64,000 bases of DNA from an uncultured Actinomycetes bacterium. Lineage in GTDB: Bacteria; Actinomycetota; UBA4738; HRBIN12. This document shows positions 45,160-59,572 of this stretch, piece by piece. The stretch's first letter is position 1; each line of letters starts with the position of its first letter. The translations under genes and the position numbers were made by a program. The notes beneath the pieces were generated by a model. The model had not been told where the DNA came from, did no database searches, and was given only the letters and a program-made list of their open reading frames with translations. The stretch spans positions 250,044 to 314,043 of the forward strand of contig CAVPIB010000004.1 of NCBI GenBank assembly GCA_963704885.1, written 5' to 3'.

Positions 45160-45247
45160 GGTGTCTCGGATCCGCTCCTCGGATCCGACGAAGTTGAGGG
45201 TGTGGCCCTCGAGCAGAGCTCGGGAACCGATAGCGAGCGCGAGCGAA

Positions 45248-48351
<3,104 letters not shown>

Positions 48352-48575
48352 TATAGATGCTCGCGCTCGCTATCGAGTTCTCAAGGTGCTCGAGGGCTCG
48401 CACCCTCAAAGCTGAACAGTGTGTCCACAGGGCGGCCCCGACGTGCAGCCCGGTCGCTCGCGAACGAGCTACTGAGGTTGGCGGCCGGAGGGCCACATGA
48501 ATAGCCAGTGAATCGACCTGGAGTCTTGCCGGGTTACCGGAGCCCGAGCGGGCTCCCCCGGAAGTGCCAAAGGCT

Positions 48576-50108
<1,533 letters not shown>

Positions 50109-50394
50109 AGATCCGAAGACCCCGAGCCCGAAGGACCGGGGGTTCGTTTCCATGTTGGAGTCGGTCGCTTCCGGATGACACTCCATGGCGACCGGTTCAG
50201 CTGATCCCGCCCGATTGTCCGGACGGTTTCAGTACTACTCGTCTGCTGTACGTCGAAGGCACGGCGGAACCGCGCCTCCCAGCTGACGGGTTGGCACTGG
50301 CTTTTGACACACTGTTCAGTTCTCAAGGTGCGAGGAGACGCGGAGTCCCGCCTTGAAGTGCAGGAAGCACTCTGGCGGGGCGCGCCGGATAGGT

Positions 50395-50422
50395 ATGGTA
50401 ACAGCACTGGCGAAGCCGTCAA
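50395..50422 (-). promoter_or_regulatory. rRNA operon promoter
   Basis: TTGACG (50422-50417) - N16 - TACCAT (50400-50395) with TGn extension. Confidence 0.75.
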
Positions 50423-50429
50423 CCGCCGA

Positions 50430-51638
50430 CTAGCAGAGGCGGCCGAACCAACGGCGTCCCACCTGCAACACCTTCCCCAGGTACTCATCCCGAGGGGCCT
50501 CGAAATCGGGATCCGTCACGGCTTCGGAATCCAATCGGACCCCGCCCTGCTGGAGCATCCTGCGGGCTTCGGAGTTGGATGAGGCGCGGCCCAGCGCCAC
50601 TAACAACCTGGGCAGCCACACCACGTCGTTATCGTCCGCCGCCTCGGCTGGGATGGGGGTGTCCTCAACCGTCTCGGGGAGTGCGTGGTCTCGGTGGACC
50701 CGGTTGAACGCCCCCTCGGCGTGCGGGCCAGCTTCCGGCCCGTGGTACAGATCCACCACCAAGCGTGCCATGATGCGCTTCAGGTCGGCGGGGAGCCTCG
50801 ATCCGTCCGCCAAGCCACGCTCAAGCGCATCGACCTCATCAGGTGGCACCGGCGTGCAGAGCCGGAGGTACTTGCCGATCAGCTCATCCGGGATACGCAT
50901 GAGTTTGCCGAACATCTCCGCAGGCTCGTCCGTGATCCCCACGTAGTTCCCAAGCGACTGGCTCATCTTCTGGATGCCGTCCAGTCCTTCGAGCAGCGGC
51001 ACTGTCATGACGAGTTGCGGCTCCTGCCCCCACGAACGCTGCAGCTCGCGTCCAACTAGGAGGTTGAACAACTGGTCGTTCCCACCCAGCTCGACATCAG
51101 CCTCGACGGCGATCGAGTCGTACCCCTGGAACAACGGGTACATGAACTCCGTGATGGAGATCGGCCGCCCGGCCGCGTACCGGTTGGCGAAGTCCTCCCG
51201 TTCCAGCATCCGAGCCACCGTGTAGGACGACGTGAGCCGGAGGACGCCCTCCATATCGATCGGCTCGAGCCATTCGGCGTTGTACCGGATCTCTAAGCGT
51301 TCCTTCGACAGGATCATCGAGAACTGGTCCAGCAGGCGATCGGCGAACGACCGGACGACCTCCTTGTCCAGACGTGGCCGGGTCTCAGACCTCCCTGAAG
51401 GATCGCCGACCCGGGCCGTGAAGTCGCCCACGATCAACACCGCGGTGTGCCCGGCATCCTGGAACTGGCGGAGTTTTCGGAGGACCACCGCCCATCCCAG
51501 GGTCACGTCTGACGCCGTGGGATCGAGGCCGAGCTTCACGCGGAGCGGTCGGCCAAGCCCGAGCTTCTCCTCGAGGCCACCTTCGGGAACGACCTCCGCG
51601 GTCCCGTCCCTCAGCAGGGCGAGGATATCCGGAGCCAT
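50430..51638 (-). CDS. tyrS: Tyrosine--tRNA ligase
   Basis: LRVKLGLDPTA, GDFTARVGDPSGR, FMYPLFQGYD, GGNDQLFN, KMSQS, C-terminal S4. Confidence 0.96.
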   Translation of the reverse strand: MAPDILALLRDGTAEVVPEGGLEEKLGLGRPLRVKLGLDPTASDVTLGWAVVLRKLRQFQDAGHTAVLIVGDFTARVGDPSGRSETRPRLDKEVVRSFADRLLDQFSMILSKERLEIRYNAEWLEPIDMEGVLRLTSSYTVARMLEREDFANRYAAGRPISITEFMYPLFQGYDSIAVEADVELGGNDQLFNLLVGRELQRSWGQEPQLVMTVPLLEGLDGIQKMSQSLGNYVGITDEPAEMFGKLMRIPDELIGKYLRLCTPVPPDEVDALERGLADGSRLPADLKRIMARLVVDLYHGPEAGPHAEGAFNRVHRDHALPETVEDTPIPAEAADDNDVVWLPRLLVALGRASSNSEARRMLQQGGVRLDSEAVTDPDFEAPRDEYLGKVLQVGRRWFGRLC

Positions 51639-51688
51639 GGGAACCGGATGCTACCAGCGCACCCGAGGGCCAAGGGTAGACTCGCTCG

Positions 51689-53932
51689 ATGAGGAGGAGC
51701 CGGGGACTCACCCTCGTCATCGCCATGCTCGCGCTCGTCGCGTCCGCCTGTGGGTCGCTGCCGCGGTTGTCCGACTACCGCGAACGATCGATCCCGCTCG
51801 CGCAGACCTCGTTCCTGTTCGCCTCCGACGGCAGCCTGATCACCGAGCTCCACGCGGGCGAAGATCGTGTGGTGCTCTCCCGCGCCCAGATACCGCAGGC
51901 TGTCCGCGATGCGGCGATCGCGGTGGAGGACAAGCGATTCTTCTACCACCACGGGTTCGACCTGCGGGCGATCATCCGAGCCGCCTACGCCGACGTCTCG
52001 GCCGGGGAGATCGTCGAGGGAGGCTCCACGATCACGCAGCAGCTCGTGAAGCAGCTCTACGTGGGCGACGACGAGACCTTCCGCCGGAAGACCGACGAGG
52101 CCATCCTGGCGTGGCAGCTGGAGGATCGCCTCACGAAGGACCAGATCCTGACGAAGTACCTGAACACCGTGTACTTCGGTCAGGGTGCGTATGGGATCCA
52201 GGCCGCCGCACGCTCATACTTCGCGGTCGACGCGAAGGATCTGACCCTCGCGCAGAGCGCACTGTTGGCCGGCTTGATCCGCGCGCCCAACGACTTCGAC
52301 CCCTTCGTACATCCCGTGCACGGTCGTATCCGTCGCAATCAGGCTCTCAAGGCCATGTTCGACCAGGGGTTGATCTCCCAAGCCCAGCACGACGCGGCCG
52401 TCACGGAGCCGATCGAGCTCCATCCGTCCACCTCCGAGGAGCGCTATCCGTATCCGTACTTCGTCGACTACTTCAAGCAGTGGTTCCTGTCTAACCCTGC
52501 TTTCGGTGAGACGCGGGAGGATCGCTACAGGCTCCTGTTCACCGGGGGATTGAGGATCACCACCACGCTCGACCCGCGGATGCAGTCCGCAGCACAGACT
52601 GCCGTTCGCTCGATCCTGTCGTACCCGGGCGATCCAGCCGGAGCCATGACGGTGATAGATCCTCGGACGGGATACGTGCGGGCGATGGTCGGGGGGAAGG
52701 ACAACGACTACTGGGACGCCGAGTCCGGAGACGGCCGCGTGAACCTGGCCACGGGTGGCAGCACCGGACGACAAGCAGGGTCGTCGTTCAAACCGTTCGC
52801 GCTGGTGGCCGCGCTCGAGAACGGGATCTCCCCTGACACAGCGTTCCCCGCGCCATCCTCTATCCAGATCCCCTTGGACAACGGACAGGTTTGGGATGTC
52901 ACGAACGCGGAAGCCAGCGCCTACGGAAGCCTGACGCTCGAGCAGGCCACGATCTCGTCCGTGAACACGGTGTACGCCCAGCTGATCGAGTTCCTGGGCC
53001 CGCAGACAGTGGTCGACACCGCGAGGCGGATGGGTATCCGCTGCTGCCTGCGGGCTACCCAGCCCAAGCGTCCGCTCCTCCCCTACCTGTCGGCGGTGCT
53101 CGGGACCAACGAGGTCAACACGCTCGAGATGACCTCCGCCTACGGGACCTTGGCGACGGGGGGTCAGCATGTGAACCCCGTCCCGGTGATCAGCATCACC
53201 GACTCGCAGGGAGGCCTGCTCTGGCAGGCGAGCCCGAAGCCGCTCCAGGTGATCGACCCGGCCGTCGCGTCAGCCGCCGATCAGATCCTTCAGAAGGTCG
53301 TGCTCTATGGGACCGGGGCTGCGGCCAACATCGGCCGGCCCCAGATCGGTAAGACCGGGACCGCTCAGAACTACCACGACGCGTGGTTCGTAGGCGCCAT
53401 CCCTCAGCTCGTGGCGGCGGTCTGGGTCGGTTTCCCGCAGGGGCAGATCTCTATGGCTCCTCCCACCACGCGTATCACCGTCTTCGGCGGAACCTGGCCC
53501 GCACAGATCTGGCGCAACTTCATGCTGAAGGCGGCGCTTACCTTCGAGGTTCGCGAGTTCCCGACGCCTGAGGTGAACTATGTCGCGGTGGCAGTCGATG
53601 TGACCCAGGAGCCGTACTGCCTGCCGAACCAGTACACGTTGCCTCAGAACATCCAGATCCTGGAGTTCATCGGAGGCACCGAACCCACTCAGACCTGCAC
53701 CACGCCGACGTCGCTCCAGGCGGTCAACGTGCCGTCGGTCGTGGGTCTCTCACAGGCGGCGGCCATGACGCTCCTGGGCGACGCTGGGTTCTACGTTCAC
53801 GTCCTGGTCGAAACATCCACCCAGCCCCCGGGGACCGTGATCTCACAGAGCCCAGCCGCCGGGGTGAGCGCCTATCAAACGAGCGCCGTTACCATCACCG
53901 TCTCGATAGACCTGACGACGCCGAGCACTTAG
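51689..53932 (+). CDS. Class A penicillin-binding protein (transglycosylase/transpeptidase) with C-terminal PASTA-like domain
   Basis: EDKRFFYHHG, GGSTITQQLVK, RK..EA; GSSFKP, SVN, KTGT; VPSVVG; N-terminal lipobox-like VASAC. Confidence 0.95.
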   Translation: MRRSRGLTLVIAMLALVASACGSLPRLSDYRERSIPLAQTSFLFASDGSLITELHAGEDRVVLSRAQIPQAVRDAAIAVEDKRFFYHHGFDLRAIIRAAYADVSAGEIVEGGSTITQQLVKQLYVGDDETFRRKTDEAILAWQLEDRLTKDQILTKYLNTVYFGQGAYGIQAAARSYFAVDAKDLTLAQSALLAGLIRAPNDFDPFVHPVHGRIRRNQALKAMFDQGLISQAQHDAAVTEPIELHPSTSEERYPYPYFVDYFKQWFLSNPAFGETREDRYRLLFTGGLRITTTLDPRMQSAAQTAVRSILSYPGDPAGAMTVIDPRTGYVRAMVGGKDNDYWDAESGDGRVNLATGGSTGRQAGSSFKPFALVAALENGISPDTAFPAPSSIQIPLDNGQVWDVTNAEASAYGSLTLEQATISSVNTVYAQLIEFLGPQTVVDTARRMGIRCCLRATQPKRPLLPYLSAVLGTNEVNTLEMTSAYGTLATGGQHVNPVPVISITDSQGGLLWQASPKPLQVIDPAVASAADQILQKVVLYGTGAAANIGRPQIGKTGTAQNYHDAWFVGAIPQLVAAVWVGFPQGQISMAPPTTRITVFGGTWPAQIWRNFMLKAALTFEVREFPTPEVNYVAVAVDVTQEPYCLPNQYTLPQNIQILEFIGGTEPTQTCTTPTSLQAVNVPSVVGLSQAAAMTLLGDAGFYVHVLVETSTQPPGTVISQSPAAGVSAYQTSAVTITVSIDLTTPST

Positions 53933-54515
53933 GGGATGCGGGTCGCTTCAACGATACGTACGGGTCGTCGCGGATCGAGTAGCGCCACTGGCGTTCGACG
54001 CCGACGCGGATCCCTACTCGCGGCCCGGTAGCGATCGCATCCCTTGGGACGGGCGCTCCCTCCTCGATCCACACGTCGCCCCCTTCGACGAGGTCCATAC
54101 CGTCGAGGGTGCGATCGACGCCGAACGCCTGGCACAGTCGAGCTGGTCCAGAACAGAGCTCGCGTACCCGCTCGCGCCCCCGCCTTGCCCGCATCTCGTC
54201 GTGGCCTTCCAGCGGCTCCGCAGCCCGGAGGAGGACGGCCGTACCCTCCCCTTCGCGACCCACGACCACGTTCATGCACTGATGTATGCCATAGACGAAG
54301 TAGACGTACAGGCACCCAGGCGGCCCGAACATGACGGCGTTCCTTGCGGTGGGCCCGCGGAAGGAATGACTGGCTGGGTCGTCGGAAGTGTAGGCCTCGG
54401 TCTCCACGATCCGAGCCGCGAGACGAGTGCCCTTGGGACCCGCCCTGACCAGGGTTCGGCCCAGAAGATCGGGCGCGACCTCAGTGGCCACTCGGCCGTA
54501 GAAGCTCCTGGGCAA
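53895..54515 (-). CDS. mpg: DNA-3-methyladenine glycosylase (start approximate)
   Basis: RIVETEAY, ASHSFRG, MFGPPG.LYVYFVYG.H.CMNVV, VLLRAAEP, GPARLCQA, GPRVGI. Confidence 0.93.
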   Translation of the reverse strand: MPRSFYGRVATEVAPDLLGRTLVRAGPKGTRLAARIVETEAYTSDDPASHSFRGPTARNAVMFGPPGCLYVYFVYGIHQCMNVVVGREGEGTAVLLRAAEPLEGHDEMRARRGRERVRELCSGPARLCQAFGVDRTLDGMDLVEGGDVWIEEGAPVPRDAIATGPRVGIRVGVERQWRYSIRDDPYVSLKRPASPKCSASSGLSRR

Positions 54516-54529
54516 TCGGCGACCCCCGC

Positions 54530-56254
54530 TCAGGCCGGGCGCTCCTTTCGGAGGAACCGACGGAGCTTCGCGAGAGGCCACGTGTTGATGACGTCGTCAT
54601 CGGTGAGCCAGCCGCGCTGGGCGGTGGCTACGCCGTAACGCATGAGCGGAAGATGAACGGCAGCGTGGGAGTCCGTGTTCACCGCGAACTTCACGCCGTA
54701 GCGCCTGGCCCACAGGATGTGCTCGTCCTTCAGATCGAGGCGCTCCGGGAACGAGTTGACCTCGAGGGCGGTGCCTGTTCTGGCGGCGGCCTCGAACACC
54801 GCTTCGAGGTCCACGTCGATAGGCGGGCGCTTGCCGATGAGCCGTCCCGTCAGATGACCGATCACGTTCACGAACGGGTTCTCCATCGCGCGGATCACAC
54901 GCCGAGTCATCTCGTCGCGCGGTTGGGTGAAGTGAGAATGGACGGAGGCGACCGTCACATCGAACCCTGCGAGGAACGCATCGGGCCAATCGACGCTCCC
55001 GTCCGCGTCGATGTTCAGCTCTGCGCCGTGGAGCAGCGTCATGTCGAACGCCGGCTGGAGCGCCTGGATCCTGGCTCGCTGCGCGAGGATCTTCTCGTCG
55101 GTCATGCGCTGCATGGCGAGGTTCGGCGCATGATCGGTGACGGCGAAGTAGGCGTACCTCAGCGCCTTCGCGGCGTCGAGCATCTCTTCCAGCGATGCCA
55201 GGCCATCCGTCAGGTTGGTGTGCGTGTGGAGGTCGCCGCGGATCCGACGCTGCTGTATCACCTTCGGGAGCTCGCCGGCGAGCGCCGCCTCGACCTCGCC
55301 TCGATCCTCTCGGAGCGTCGGCTCGATGTAGGGAAGCCCGAGCCGCTCATACACCTGCTCCTCGGTCTCGGCGGCGAGCAGCTCCCCACTCTTCGCGTCG
55401 AACAGACCGTATTCGTTCAGCTTGAGGCCCTCGCGGACGGCCATCTCTCGGATGCGGACGTTATGGGCCTTGGATCCGGTGAAGTAGATCATGGCCGCCC
55501 CCCAGACCTCGGGCGCCACCACGCGCAGATCCACCTGCAACCCGCGATCGGTCACGATCGATGACTTCGTGTCGCCCTGAGCGAGAATCTGCTTGACCGA
55601 GGGAAGCACCACGAACGTCTCCATGATCGGCACCGGGTCCGTGCTCGCCACCAGGAGGTCGACGTCGCCGATGGTCTCCCTCATGCGCCGGAGCGACCCG
55701 GCGAAGGCGGCTCGACGTACCTGCTTCATCGCGGTGAGCTGCGCGAGCATGGCCTCAGCCACACCGATGGCGACGCTCACCAGAACCCGGCCGCCCGAAG
55801 CCGAGAGTTGCTGGAGGCCGCTCAGGATGTTGTCCTGAGTGCGCTTGCCGAACCCCTTGAGTCCTGCGACCCGATCGTCGTCGATGGCTCGTATGAGCCC
55901 CTCCACCGAGTCGACGCCGAGCTCTCGGTGAAGCACCATGGCCTTCTTCGGCCCCAGACCGGGGATGGACATCAGCTCGCGGACGCCCGAAGGGATCTGG
56001 GCTCGCAGCTCCTCCAGATCGGCGAAGGTCCCCGTCTTGAGGATCTCGAGCACCTTCTCCCCGATCGACTTACCCACGCTCGGGATCTCCAGGATCGCCT
56101 TGAGATCCAGTCCCGACACGTCCTCGTGGAACCCGCCGACGGCCCGGGCGGCCTTCTCATACGCGCGCGGTTTGAAGCGATCCTCCGACAGGATCGAGAG
56201 GAGGTCCGCGAATTCGAGGAGAGCTTGTTCGACGTCGTCGTTGGCCCGGGCCAC
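54530..56254 (-). CDS. polX: DNA polymerase X / PHP exonuclease
   Basis: AGSLRR...GDVDLL, QVDLR, YFTGSKAHN, LNEYGL; PHP GDLHTHT..TDG, TDH, TDSH. Confidence 0.95.
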   Translation of the reverse strand: MARANDDVEQALLEFADLLSILSEDRFKPRAYEKAARAVGGFHEDVSGLDLKAILEIPSVGKSIGEKVLEILKTGTFADLEELRAQIPSGVRELMSIPGLGPKKAMVLHRELGVDSVEGLIRAIDDDRVAGLKGFGKRTQDNILSGLQQLSASGGRVLVSVAIGVAEAMLAQLTAMKQVRRAAFAGSLRRMRETIGDVDLLVASTDPVPIMETFVVLPSVKQILAQGDTKSSIVTDRGLQVDLRVVAPEVWGAAMIYFTGSKAHNVRIREMAVREGLKLNEYGLFDAKSGELLAAETEEQVYERLGLPYIEPTLREDRGEVEAALAGELPKVIQQRRIRGDLHTHTNLTDGLASLEEMLDAAKALRYAYFAVTDHAPNLAMQRMTDEKILAQRARIQALQPAFDMTLLHGAELNIDADGSVDWPDAFLAGFDVTVASVHSHFTQPRDEMTRRVIRAMENPFVNVIGHLTGRLIGKRPPIDVDLEAVFEAAARTGTALEVNSFPERLDLKDEHILWARRYGVKFAVNTDSHAAVHLPLMRYGVATAQRGWLTDDDVINTWPLAKLRRFLRKERPA

Positions 56255-56264
56255 GGTCGACGCC

Positions 56265-57185
56265 TCAAGCCAGGTCGAAGAGGAAGAGCAGGAGTGCCTT
56301 CTGCGTGTGCAAGCGGTTCTCGGCCTGATCCCACACGGCTGAGCGAGGGCCGTCGATCACCTCGTCCGTTATCTCCATGCCACGATGGGCCGGGAGGCAG
56401 TGCAGGACCACGACCTCGGGAGAGGCCGTGCCCACGAGCTTCTCGTCGATCTGATAGCCGCGGAACACCAGCTCCCGCTCGTCTGTCTCGGCCTCCTGAC
56501 CCATGCTTGCCCAGACGTCCGTGTACAGAACATCGGCATCGCGGGCCGCGTCCATGGGATCGTGAAGCACCTCGACGGCCCCACCGGTCTCCGAGGCGAT
56601 CTCCGCGGCCCGGTTGACCACTTGTGGGATGGGCTCGAAGCCCGGAGGCACTGCCACCCGCACCCGCATGCCTACCTTCGCGCCCGCCAGCAGGAGCGAG
56701 TGGGCCACGTTGTTCCCATCGCCTAGATAGCTGAGCGTTCGACCATCCAGGCCACCCAGACGCTCCCGAACGGTGAACAGGTCTGCGAGCGCCTGGCAGG
56801 GATGTTCGAAGTCGGAAAGGGAATTGATCACGGGGATAGTCGCCGCCGAAGCCAGCAGCTCGAGTCGCTCCTGCTCGAAGGTCCGCAGGACGATGGCGTC
56901 GACGTATCGGCTGAAGACGCGGCCTGTGTCCTCGATCGTTTCGCCGCGACCGAGTTGCAGGTCGGAGGAGGAGATCACGAGCGGATGGGCACCCAACTCC
57001 GCCACGCCCACCTCGAAGGACACGCGGGTCCTCGTAGAGGGCTTCTCGAAGACGAGCGCTACGGAGCGACCCCGCAGCCGGTCGGCGTATGCGGCCGGAT
57101 CCGCCTTGACACGTTCGCCCAGGTCCAGGATCGCGATGAGCTCCGAGGGAGACAGATCGTCGACCGACAGGTAGTTGCGTGCCAT
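56265..57185 (-). CDS. argF: Ornithine carbamoyltransferase
   Basis: FEKPSTRTRVSF, HPCQALAD, GDGNNVA, YTDVWASMG, HCLP. Confidence 0.96.
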   Translation of the reverse strand: MARNYLSVDDLSPSELIAILDLGERVKADPAAYADRLRGRSVALVFEKPSTRTRVSFEVGVAELGAHPLVISSSDLQLGRGETIEDTGRVFSRYVDAIVLRTFEQERLELLASAATIPVINSLSDFEHPCQALADLFTVRERLGGLDGRTLSYLGDGNNVAHSLLLAGAKVGMRVRVAVPPGFEPIPQVVNRAAEIASETGGAVEVLHDPMDAARDADVLYTDVWASMGQEAETDERELVFRGYQIDEKLVGTASPEVVVLHCLPAHRGMEITDEVIDGPRSAVWDQAENRLHTQKALLLFLFDLA

Positions 57186-57196
57186 CGGCGGCGAGT

Positions 57197-59572
57197 CTAT
57201 ACCGACGCCGACCTGATCTCTCCGCCGAACCGTTCGCGTATCTGCGACACGATCCGCTCCACCGCTTCATCCGCTTCTTGACTCTCCAGCGTGCGCTCGG
57301 ATGCACGCAGATCCAGCGCGAAGCTCAGGCTCTTCTTCCCTGCTTCGAGTGGCGGACCCGACCAGACGTCGAAGAGCTCACAGGCTGCCAAGAGATCGCC
57401 ACCCGCCTTGCGGATGGCGCGCAGGACCTCGCCGGACGCCACCTCTTCATCGAGCGCGAAGCTCAGGTCCCTGCGGACGGGGGGGAACCGGGGGACATCG
57501 CGAACCGCGATGGTCGACGGAGCGCTGCCGAGCAGCGCGGCCAACTCGACCTCGCCCATGGCGATGCGGCCGGGGACATCAAGGGAGTGCGCAACCCTCG
57601 GGTGGATCTCGCCGACGACCCCGGCCCGCTCACCGCCAACCATGACGAACGCGGACCGGCTTGGATGCAGAGGGGAACCTACCGGCTCCCCCAGCGACCA
57701 CTCGACGCCGAGGTCGCGCATGAGAGCCTCCACGACCCCCTTCGCGTCGAAGAAGTCGTACTCCCGTCGGCCCGTCCATCCCACCTCTGCCATCCCGGTC
57801 ATCGCGAACGCCACCTTCGAGCGCTCCTCAGGCACACCCCCAACGAGGCGGAAGACGGTCCCGACCTCGAACAAGGCCGCGCTCCTCACTTGCCGGTAGA
57901 CGTTCCGACGGAGCGCTTTCAGCAGTCCCTGAGTGAGGCGGGTCCGCAGCCACCTCTCCTCGGCCTGCAAGGGATTCGCTATGGCGATGGCATCGGCATC
58001 ACCGGTGAGCTCCAGGTCCTGGTCGGAAGCGAACGGGAACGAGCGGATCTCCCTCAGGCCGGCACGCATGAGCGACCCTTGAACGCGCTCTCGGAACGCG
58101 TAGTCACGGGGCGTCCCGCCCGCCTGACGCACCGCCGGAGTGGTGGAACCGACGCGCTCGTACCCCTGGACCCGAACGACCTCTTCGATCAGGTCGACCT
58201 CTCGCTCGATGTCGACGCGGTATCCAGGAACCTCCACAGTGACCTCGTCTCCGTGGGTCTCGGACGGCATCATCAGCCGGTTGAAGACCGCCACGGCGTC
58301 CGTCGCCGCGACGTCGTAGCCGATCAGCGAGGACGCGCGGCTCGCACGCATCGTGACGCGACGCCGCTCGGGGGCGGCCCCCACGTCGATCGTGCCCGCG
58401 AGCACCTGCGCTCCGCACCACTCGGCGATCAGGCGGGATGCTCTGTCAGCGCCGACGGTCACCCCCTCTGGGTCGACTCCGCGCTCGAACCGCATCGAGG
58501 CCTCTGTCGACAACGCGATCCGCCGGCGCGTCCGTTGGATGCCACCACGTTCGAACGCCGCGGCCTCCAGCAGGATGTCCGTGGTGCCGTCGGAGACCTC
58601 CGCGAGGGCACCTCCCATCACCCCCGCGACCCCCAGCGGGCGCTCGGTGTCGCAGATCAGGAGATCATCGGGTGTGAAGGTCCTTTCGACGTCGTCGAGC
58701 GTCACCATCCGCTCCCCATCGGTCGCCCGACGCACGACGATCCCCGGTCCCTTCAGGAGGGCCAGATCGAACGGGTGGAGCGGTTGCCCGATCTCGATCA
58801 TCGCGTAGTTCGTGGCGTCCACGGCCGCCGATATCGGGCGCATCCCCGCGGCGGTCAGACGTGCTTGGATACGGATGGGAGACGCCGTGTGCTGGACGTT
58901 CCTTAGGATCCGCGCGGTGTAGCGAGGACACCCGAAGCTGTCGAGGACCTCTACGGTAGCGACGTCTTCGGTCCGCTCGTCGCCCTCACGCACATCGATA
59001 TCAGGCGACGTATACGGGACACCTGTCGCCGCAGCAACCTCCCGCGCCACGCCGATCACGGACAGGAAGTCCGGTCGGTTGGGGGTAACCTCGATATCAA
59101 GCACCGCGTCGTCCAGTCCGAGGGACGACTTGAGATCGTCACCGGGCGTCATGTCCGCCGGCAGCAAGAGGATGCCCTCGTGCGTCGGGGCGATCCCCAG
59201 CTCCATCGGCGAACAGAGCATGCCTTCGGATATGACTCCCCGGATCTCTCGTGCAGCAAGCGGGGCGGGCAACGCGGGCACGCGCGCGCCCGGACCGGCG
59301 AGTGGGACCAGGTCGCCGGGCCGCATGTTCCGGACGCCCACGACCACCTCTCGCTCGGACGATCGCGTGGAGACCCGCGCAAGACATAGCTTGTCTGAAC
59401 CTGGATGGTCGCGGACCTCCAGGACCGTGGCGACCACGACTCCTTCCAACCCGTCCCAGGGCCGATCGATCCGCTCTACCTCCGCGCCCTTCGCGGTAAG
59501 GATCTCGGCCAGCTCCTCGGCCGACAGCTCCGTCGGGCAGAACTCGCGCAACCACGACAGGACGACTTTCAC
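57197..59572 (-). CDS. pheT: Phenylalanine--tRNA ligase beta subunit
   Basis: MKVVLSWLREF, SEGMLCS, EVTPNRPD, RFERGVD, DLIEEVVR, FDX-ACB end. Confidence 0.96.
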   Translation of the reverse strand: MKVVLSWLREFCPTELSAEELAEILTAKGAEVERIDRPWDGLEGVVVATVLEVRDHPGSDKLCLARVSTRSSEREVVVGVRNMRPGDLVPLAGPGARVPALPAPLAAREIRGVISEGMLCSPMELGIAPTHEGILLLPADMTPGDDLKSSLGLDDAVLDIEVTPNRPDFLSVIGVAREVAAATGVPYTSPDIDVREGDERTEDVATVEVLDSFGCPRYTARILRNVQHTASPIRIQARLTAAGMRPISAAVDATNYAMIEIGQPLHPFDLALLKGPGIVVRRATDGERMVTLDDVERTFTPDDLLICDTERPLGVAGVMGGALAEVSDGTTDILLEAAAFERGGIQRTRRRIALSTEASMRFERGVDPEGVTVGADRASRLIAEWCGAQVLAGTIDVGAAPERRRVTMRASRASSLIGYDVAATDAVAVFNRLMMPSETHGDEVTVEVPGYRVDIEREVDLIEEVVRVQGYERVGSTTPAVRQAGGTPRDYAFRERVQGSLMRAGLREIRSFPFASDQDLELTGDADAIAIANPLQAEERWLRTRLTQGLLKALRRNVYRQVRSAALFEVGTVFRLVGGVPEERSKVAFAMTGMAEVGWTGRREYDFFDAKGVVEALMRDLGVEWSLGEPVGSPLHPSRSAFVMVGGERAGVVGEIHPRVAHSLDVPGRIAMGEVELAALLGSAPSTIAVRDVPRFPPVRRDLSFALDEEVASGEVLRAIRKAGGDLLAACELFDVWSGPPLEAGKKSLSFALDLRASERTLESQEADEAVERIVSQIRERFGGEIRSASV

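Noticed and set aside
53895-53932. 38-nt convergent overlap of PBP and mpg (and the 13-nt MBL/TPR overlap)
   Set aside because: Short tail-to-tail overlaps are common in GC-rich genomes.
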